From positions 98,469 to 162,468 of the forward strand of contig JAWLAT010000010.1 of assembly GCA_041395325.1 (NCBI GenBank): a stretch of 64,000 bases of DNA. The letters run 5' to 3'. This DNA comes from Lysobacterales bacterium. GTDB lineage: Bacteria; Pseudomonadota; Gammaproteobacteria; Xanthomonadales; SZUA-5. This document shows positions 58,226-64,000 of the stretch, in pieces (position 1 is the first letter of the stretch; each line of letters opens with the position of its first letter). Under the pieces are notes generated by a model. It worked only from the letters and a program-made list of their open reading frames with translations, was not told the DNA's origin and did no database searches. A program made the position numbers and the translations under genes.

Positions 58226-59467
58226 ATGCCCATCCATCCCCATGCCGGCCTGCTGTTGACCCTGGAAGGGATCGATGGCACCGGCAAGTCCACCTTGCAG
58301 TCGCTGCTGGCAGATGCACTGAGCACGCTGGGCTGGACGGTCCGGTGCTCACGCGAACCCACCGACGGCCCCGAAGGCACAGCCCTGCGCGATGCCGCCC
58401 GGTCGCAGCAACGCTTGCCACCCGCCAGGGAGCTTGAGCTCTTGCTGGCCGACCGCCACCGTCATCTGAGCGATACCGTCTGGCCGGCGCTGGCGCGCGG
58501 CGAGGCCGTGCTGCTCGACCGCTACTACCACTCCACGGCCGCCTACCAGGGTGCAGCCGGGCTGGATCCGCAGACGCTGATCGAACTGAACGAGCGCTTC
58601 GCACCACGACCGCAACTGGTGGTCGTGCTGCGGCTGGACCCCGAACAGGCGCTGCTGCGCATCGGTTCGCGTGGTGAAGGCAGTGACGCTTTTGAGCGGC
58701 TCGACAACCTGCGCCGCGTCGACGCGATCTATGCGGGCCTGAGCGGTCCGTCGATCGTGCAACTGGACGCCAGTCGCCCGCCCGAGGCCAGCCTGCGGGA
58801 CATCCTCGCCGCCCTGCGTGAACGCGACCTGCTGCAGCCCGCGCGGGTCAATGCCGCACTCAGTGCCGCGCCACCGGAGGGCGCCGAAGCGTCCCCGGCT
58901 GCCGCACGCAACGCCGGACCGATCCTGGCCGTGCTGCGCGCCGCACTGTCCGGGTCGACGAGGTTGTTGGAGGTGGGCAGTGGATTGGGCCTGCATGCAC
59001 GGCTGTTCAGTCGGGCCCTGCCTCAGGTCCAGTGGCAGTGCAGCGAACACCCCGACGCCCTGCAGGAACTGCGTCGCGAACAGTTGCGCCTGGCCCCTGA
59101 GATGCCGGTTCCGATCGAACTGGACGCGAAGGAGACGAACTGGCCATCGGGTTCATTTGACGCGGTCTACAGCGCCAACACCCTGCACATCATGGGCCGC
59201 AGCGAGTTGCCGGGCTTGTTTGCCGGTGCGGCCAAGGTGCTGGCCTCGAACGGGCAGCTGATGATCTACGGCCCCTTTCACCGCCTCGGGCAGGCCACCA
59301 GCGCGGGCAATGCCGAATTCGATCAGCGCCTGCGCGCAGAGAATCCGGAACGCGGCATTCGCGATATCAGTGAACTGGATGCGCTGGCAGCCGCCAACGG
59401 CCTGTCGCTGGCGGCCGACATCCCGCTACCTGCCCACAACGCGCTGCGCATCTGGCAACGCGCCTGA
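58226..59467 (+). CDS. tmk: Fusion protein: dTMP (thymidylate) kinase N-terminal half plus DUF938-like SAM-dependent methyltransferase C-terminal half
   Basis: ATG 58226. LLLTLEGIDGTGKSTL (P-loop), REPTDGP, LLLADRHRHL and DRYYHSTAAYQGA are Tmk motifs. After about 210 aa come PILAVLRAALSGSTRLLEVGSGLGLHARLF...DAVYSANTLHIM...LMIYGPF...FDQRLR..NPERGIRD, typical of DUF938 methyltransferases. There is no stop codon between the two halves. Confidence 0.75.
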   Translation: MPIHPHAGLLLTLEGIDGTGKSTLQSLLADALSTLGWTVRCSREPTDGPEGTALRDAARSQQRLPPARELELLLADRHRHLSDTVWPALARGEAVLLDRYYHSTAAYQGAAGLDPQTLIELNERFAPRPQLVVVLRLDPEQALLRIGSRGEGSDAFERLDNLRRVDAIYAGLSGPSIVQLDASRPPEASLRDILAALRERDLLQPARVNAALSAAPPEGAEASPAAARNAGPILAVLRAALSGSTRLLEVGSGLGLHARLFSRALPQVQWQCSEHPDALQELRREQLRLAPEMPVPIELDAKETNWPSGSFDAVYSANTLHIMGRSELPGLFAGAAKVLASNGQLMIYGPFHRLGQATSAGNAEFDQRLRAENPERGIRDISELDALAAANGLSLAADIPLPAHNALRIWQRA

Positions 59468-61237
59468 GGCGGGATCACTGGTCTCACCCGCGGGACGGCT
59501 GATCTCCGTGACACCGGGTGCGCGTCGAGACTGCTTGTGTGCGTACATCGCCTCGTCGGCGCGCCGCAGCAGCGAAGCCGCGGTATCACCCCGGCGCAGC
59601 TCGGCCACCCCGACGCTGCTGTCCAGCAGCGCACCGTGGTCATCGACTCGCACTGCTGCACGTCGCAGCGCCGCGCGGATGCGCTCGCCGATGGCGAGTG
59701 CCGCGGCCGCATCGCTGCCGGGCAGCGCCACCACGAACTCCTCACCGCCGTAGCGACCTGCCAGGCCCTGCGGCAGCACCTCGGCGTGGATCAGCTGGGC
59801 CAGCAGCCGCAGGGCCCGATCGCCGGCCTCGTGGCCCTGGCTGTCATTCAACCGCTTGAAGTAGTCCAGATCGAGGAACAGCACGCTCAGCGGTTCGCGC
59901 GTCGCTCTGGCGCGCGTCAGCATCGGGTCCAGACGCTCGCCCCAGGCGCGCCGATTGAGCAAGGCCGTCAGCGGATCGGTGTCGGCCAGGATGCGCGCCA
60001 GATCGCGTTCGTGCCGCAAGGCCAGGGATCGACCGGCCAGGCCCAGTGACAGTACCAGCGCCTCGAAAGCGCCGGCCGCGAGCATGCCGGTGCCCAACCA
60101 GGTGACACCGGCCAGCGCCGGCAAGGAGGCGCTGTCGAGCATGGTCAGGATCAGCAGAGGGCTCCAGCCCAACACAAAAATGCCGGCATAGCGCGACCCC
60201 CGCCACCAGGCCTGCAATGCGACCGACAGAATCAACGGTGCGCCCAGCGCCAACAGGGGATTGATCAAGACACTCGGCAGCTGTTGAACCGGCGCCCAAG
60301 GCACCGCGCCTGCAAGCATCAGCGTGACCACGCTGCCGGCCAGGCCCAGCGCCAGCCAGCGCCCGCGCGGCGCATAGCGGCGCAGCGTGGCAAAACGATC
60401 GAGAAAGAGCACTGCAAACAGCACTGACAGTGCCGTCACCGCCCGCCCCACCGGCGAGAACCACTGCCACACGTCGGTAACGCCCAGCGGGTGGACCAGA
60501 AAGCCGCTTTGCAACAGCAGAATGCTGCAGAAGCACAACCCATAGCCGGCGTAATAGAGGAAGGTGATGTCGCGCAGCAGCGTGGCGAAGCACAGGGCGA
60601 CAATCGCCATCGCCAGCATGATGGCGAAGCAGGCGCTGGCGAAGGCCAGCCAGCGGCCGTTCTCGAGCACAAACTCGCCGTGGCTGACCACGGCGAAGCG
60701 CAGACTGGCGGGTCGTTGTGGCAAGGGTTCCAGCCGCAACAGCAATGGCCCATCGAGTGAACTCAGGGGGAAATGCAGCCGCCCGTAGCCTGGCTCCAGG
60801 TCTGCCGGTGCCTGACGCAGCACTTGCAGACTCAGTGCAGGCTCGGCCTGCCGATACAGCGTGACGCGCTCTACCGAGGGATGACGGACCAGCAAGGCAA
60901 GCGCTTGCGCCGGCCACGGTCCGGCCGCGGGCCGCAGCCGGATCCAGACGCCGTCGGGATTGCGTGGAAAGGCACGCAGTAGGGTGGGATCAAAGGGCTC
61001 AAAACGTCCGTCAAATGACCCCGTTGCGATGGCGTGGGCGTCGATGCCAGGCCCACCCGGCAGCCATTCACCGGTCAGCGCCAGTTCGGCCTGAACCGGC
61101 AGTGCAAACAAACACAGGCACAGGCCCATGATCCAGCGGCTGGCGCGCCAGGCGAGCTGTCGCAGGGGCCGATTCAGATCCAAGCCGTTCCTTTGCGCAG
61201 TCCGATCGCGGGCGGCGGCCAGTGATCTGGCCGCCAC
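59426..61237 (-). CDS. Diguanylate cyclase with 7TM-DISM-type sensor (periplasmic domain + 7 TM + GGDEF)
   Basis: C-terminal RRAWGERLD...SVLFLDLDYFKRLNDSQGHEAGD...RYGGEEFVVALPG (GGEEF active site). The central region has about 7 TM helices. The N-terminal signal includes MGLCLCLFALPVQA. The start is uncertain (61237 or ATG 61129). The 3' end overlaps the convergent tmk-fusion gene by 42 nt. Confidence 0.8.
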   Translation of the reverse strand: MAARSLAAARDRTAQRNGLDLNRPLRQLAWRASRWIMGLCLCLFALPVQAELALTGEWLPGGPGIDAHAIATGSFDGRFEPFDPTLLRAFPRNPDGVWIRLRPAAGPWPAQALALLVRHPSVERVTLYRQAEPALSLQVLRQAPADLEPGYGRLHFPLSSLDGPLLLRLEPLPQRPASLRFAVVSHGEFVLENGRWLAFASACFAIMLAMAIVALCFATLLRDITFLYYAGYGLCFCSILLLQSGFLVHPLGVTDVWQWFSPVGRAVTALSVLFAVLFLDRFATLRRYAPRGRWLALGLAGSVVTLMLAGAVPWAPVQQLPSVLINPLLALGAPLILSVALQAWWRGSRYAGIFVLGWSPLLILTMLDSASLPALAGVTWLGTGMLAAGAFEALVLSLGLAGRSLALRHERDLARILADTDPLTALLNRRAWGERLDPMLTRARATREPLSVLFLDLDYFKRLNDSQGHEAGDRALRLLAQLIHAEVLPQGLAGRYGGEEFVVALPGSDAAAALAIGERIRAALRRAAVRVDDHGALLDSSVGVAELRRGDTAASLLRRADEAMYAHKQSRRAPGVTEISRPAGETSDPASGALPDAQRVVGR

Positions 61238-61328
61238 CTGACCATGATGCTAGATCTGCGCCCGGAGCGGGACCACAGACCTAAGGACAGGGGAGCGGTC
61301 CCTGCCCGCTCCCCTGGTGGATCTGGAT

Positions 61329-61547
61329 CTACGCGTAGTATCGGCGCGGCGGCTCGTAGACGGCGGCGTCGATGATCGACCACAGGTGAACGATCCATCC
61401 CAGCAGCACCAGCCACAGCACGGCGGCCAGCACGAACTGCACGATCGCCAGGAACAATCGCCCCTGCAGCAACTGGCCCAGCCCGGGAATGAAAAAACTC
61501 GCCAGCGCGGCGATGACGTTGCCAGCCGAACCTTGTCCAGTGCTCAT
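61329..61547 (-). CDS. TM2-domain small membrane protein
   Basis: Start at ATG 61545-61547, preceded by AAGGAGG. 72 aa. FFIPGLGQLLQGR plus a second TM segment, typical of TM2 proteins. Confidence 0.65.
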   Translation of the reverse strand: MSTGQGSAGNVIAALASFFIPGLGQLLQGRLFLAIVQFVLAAVLWLVLLGWIVHLWSIIDAAVYEPPRRYYA

Positions 61548-61693
61548 GCGGCCTCCTTGTTGGGGATCGAGACAACCCATCCATGCAAGAACGACGCCAT
61601 GCTGTTGGCGCCCGCAGTCGCGGTGAAACAGGCCCCTGGGTGACGACGCCGGTGTCAGACAGACCCAGTCATCGTCATTCTCGCCAAGACGCA

Positions 61694-62110
61694 CTATTTC
61701 CCGGAACGGCGTCGTGGCAGCCAGCGCCACCAGGTCCAGATTACGAGGGCAGCGAAGCCGCTGTAGATCAGCACGAATACGGTCGGCGGTGCGTTGTAGA
61801 ACAAGCAGCGCCCGACCCAGTCCTCGATCAGGCCTCGTTGGTAGCCCTGTCCGCCTGCCTGGACCCGCAAGGCGGACTCCCACAAGGTCAGCGGACAGGT
61901 CTGCCCGAGCCAGCTCTGCAGCACCACAAAGCCGATCGTCAGCAGATGCAGCAGGCGCAACGACCTACTACGGGCCAGCCGCCAGCCGCGCCAGCCGCCG
62001 ATCCAGATCAGTGGCGGCAGCAGGACCACGAACAGCACGATCAGCGCGTGCAGCAGCAGAATCAGATCGGCCAGCCAGCCGGCGGCTGTGGGGGACAAAT
62101 TCATGTCCAT
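61694..62110 (-). CDS. DUF2784-like membrane protein
   Basis: Start at ATG 62108-62110. LLHALIVLFVVLLPPLI...RLLHLLTIGFVVLQSWLGQTCPLTLWE resembles the DUF2784 consensus. Confidence 0.6.
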   Translation of the reverse strand: MDMNLSPTAAGWLADLILLLHALIVLFVVLLPPLIWIGGWRGWRLARSRSLRLLHLLTIGFVVLQSWLGQTCPLTLWESALRVQAGGQGYQRGLIEDWVGRCLFYNAPPTVFVLIYSGFAALVIWTWWRWLPRRRSGK

Positions 62111-62853
62111 CGCCGTGTTGCGCAGCGACCCAACCAGAACAGAAAGGCCACGCTGCCGATCCACAGCAGCAGCACGACAATCAGCATGGCCGGCACCACC
62201 AGCCAATCGGGATGCTCGCCAAAGACGCCGGTCCAGGCCCAACAGACGCTGTAGATCAGGGCCAGCGGCACCCCGGCGATCAGCTTCAGGACGATCATGC
62301 CCAAGGGGCCGCGCTGCCAGATGCGCCGGTGCGCCAGAAACCCCTGCACACCGGCCCACGCCAGCAGTGGCACAAACGGGGCCACACGCAATGCCCACTG
62401 CACTCGCTGCTGACGACATTCGCGTTGCTTGAGGCTCAGCTCGTCGGCGATCAGCCCATCGAGTTCAGCCGCGCTCGCGTTGAGACGTTCGATCTGACCC
62501 ACATCCCAGGCCCAACTCGAAGCGTTGTGCGCCACTTCAACCGATCTCTTCGCCTCAGCAGCCTTGGCCGCGCGGGCAAAACGGCGGCTCAGTACGAGCA
62601 GATACTGGCCCTCCGGCGCTGCTCCGGCCAATGCTGCAAAAACCTCGTCGGCCAGCGGATCCGCCGCACCGACCTCCAACGGCACCCAACAGTCTGGCCC
62701 CAAGAGAGACCGCCTCTGCAGCCTGACTCGCGGGCTGCAGGTCCCTTCGCTACAAGCGAAATAGTGGCGCTCGTCGTTGCGCATCAGGTTGCTGGCCATT
62801 AGGGGCGGGCACAACAAGGCCCAGAGAATCCAACCGATGCACAACCTGCCCAT
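62101..62853 (-). CDS. Hypothetical membrane protein (overlaps downstream DUF2784 gene by 10 nt)
   Basis: N-terminal hydrophobic segment, a soluble middle of about 150 aa with 4 Cys, and a C-terminal region of 3-4 TM segments. No recognisable family. Confidence 0.45.
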   Translation of the reverse strand: MGRLCIGWILWALLCPPLMASNLMRNDERHYFACSEGTCSPRVRLQRRSLLGPDCWVPLEVGAADPLADEVFAALAGAAPEGQYLLVLSRRFARAAKAAEAKRSVEVAHNASSWAWDVGQIERLNASAAELDGLIADELSLKQRECRQQRVQWALRVAPFVPLLAWAGVQGFLAHRRIWQRGPLGMIVLKLIAGVPLALIYSVCWAWTGVFGEHPDWLVVPAMLIVVLLLWIGSVAFLFWLGRCATRRWT

Positions 62854-62878
62854 TCACGCGCTCCGCGAAAGCGTGCAT

Positions 62879-64000
62879 TCACGGAGCGTTGTCGGTGCGC
62901 CGAGTTCCATCGAGCAAGCGGGTGCGCAAGCCGCCGTGGCGCTCACTGCGCTGGGCCAAAGCCGCATCCACGCTTGGCTCGGTCGACCAGAGCTCCACAC
63001 TGAAGCGGGCGCGGGAGATGGCGGTGTAGAGCAGTTGCCGGGAGAGAATCCGATGACTGGCCTCTGGCGGCAGCAGCACGGCCACGTGACCGTACTCCGA
63101 CCCCTGACTCTGGTGGATGGTCAACGCATAGGCCAGGTCATGATCGGGCAATTCGCGTGGCGACAGCCAGCGCCAACGTGGCCGACCGTCGGCATCGACC
63201 GACGCAAAGCAGACGCGCAGCTCATCACCCTGCCCGCAGGCCAGACCGATGTCGCCGTTGAACAGCCGCCGGCCATAGTCGTTGTGACGGATCAGCACCG
63301 GCCGTCCGGGATACCAGCGCGCGCCACCGGCGACCGCTCGCAGGCGCTGGTCCATCAGCTCATTGATGCGCTCGCTGCCGAAGGGGCCGCCGCGCAAGGC
63401 AGTCAGCAGCTGGCGTTCGGCCAGCGCAGCAAAGGCCGCTGCCGGATCACTTTCCTGGCGCTGGCGGGTCAGCATCTGCACGCTGGCCCAGCTCTGGTCG
63501 TCGCTCCAGTGGTCCAGGCGTGCGTTCAATTCATCGATCGACGCGACCTCATGCAAGGCCGCGCCATCGACTCGCTGCAGTCGGCGGCGCAACGCCGCTG
63601 CGTCCCCGTGCCGCGCTGCCTCGTAAACCGCAGCCAGATCGTGTTCGGCACGCCAGACGTGACGCAAGCGCATGCTGCAACGGCGGAAGCCGTCATCACG
63701 CTCGGTGACGTGCACGATGTCGGCCAGCACCGAACCGGCCGAGACCGACACCAGCTGGTCCGGATCACCAACCAGGATCAAGGTGGCCGTCGGCGCCAGC
63801 GCGTCCAGCAGCGCTCGCATCGTGGCCAGATCGACCATCGACGCCTCGTCAACCACCACGACTGAATACGGCAAGGGCTGTGCCTGATCGTGGGTGAAAG
63901 CATCGCGTGCCGGATTCGCACCCAGCAACCGATGCAGCGTTTGCGCCGCATCGGGGATGGCGCCCAGCAGAGGGGACCAGTCATCGCTGGTGGCCTGCCC
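62879..64000 (-). CDS. recD: Exodeoxyribonuclease V subunit alpha RecD, C-terminal part (5' end beyond window)
   Basis: The frame stays open to the window end. TLHRLLG, VVVVDEASMVD (Walker B), LILVGDPDQL, ALTIHQSQGSEY and LLYTAISRAR are SF1 helicase motifs typical of RecD. Confidence 0.88.
   Translation of the reverse strand, partial: GQATSDDWSPLLGAIPDAAQTLHRLLGANPARDAFTHDQAQPLPYSVVVVDEASMVDLATMRALLDALAPTATLILVGDPDQLVSVSAGSVLADIVHVTERDDGFRRCSMRLRHVWRAEHDLAAVYEAARHGDAAALRRRLQRVDGAALHEVASIDELNARLDHWSDDQSWASVQMLTRQRQESDPAAAFAALAERQLLTALRGGPFGSERINELMDQRLRAVAGGARWYPGRPVLIRHNDYGRRLFNGDIGLACGQGDELRVCFASVDADGRPRWRWLSPRELPDHDLAYALTIHQSQGSEYGHVAVLLPPEASHRILSRQLLYTAISRARFSVELWSTEPSVDAALAQRSERHGGLRTRLLDGTRRTDNAP

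Overview
High-GC (roughly 65-70% by eye) gammaproteobacterial chromosomal segment. Gene order (hrcA-grpE-dnaK-dnaJ, divergent fur/bamE, carB-greA, xseB-ispA) resembles Xanthomonadales/Nevskiales-type genomes, but this taxonomic guess is inference only. I call about 55 protein-coding genes, mostly housekeeping. They include leuA (5' fragment), mgtE, erpA, nudC, djlA, rpe, recJ, greA, carB, the heat-shock cluster, recN, fur, bamE, purB, metG, ispA, xseB, accA, dusB and recD (3' part). I saw no rRNA, tRNA, CRISPR array, transposase, integrase or prophage genes. Many long ORFs in the track are antisense or alternate-frame shadows typical of high-GC DNA and were rejected. Points worth a second look: (1) Three unrelated signal-peptide proteins (a giant two-nuclease protein, a 874-aa CarboxypepD_reg-like protein and a metzincin) all end exactly in [D/N]-G-F-E-COOH, and a fourth secreted protein has DGFE 10 residues from its end. 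This may be an undescribed C-terminal sorting or processing tag. (2) A Ser/Thr kinase and an ECF sigma factor overlap by 8 nt and have no anti-sigma gene. They sit divergent to one of the GFE-ended proteins, which is preceded by an ECF-type promoter. (3) A six-codon leucine run plus an intrinsic terminator lies directly upstream of leuA. (4) An RnfB-type ferredoxin gene has no canonical start codon upstream of its conserved N-terminal Cys motif, and its reading frame opens inside a 16-bp tandem repeat. That repeat belongs to a dispersed AGGGC-based intergenic repeat family. (5) A thymidylate kinase is fused to a DUF938-like methyltransferase.
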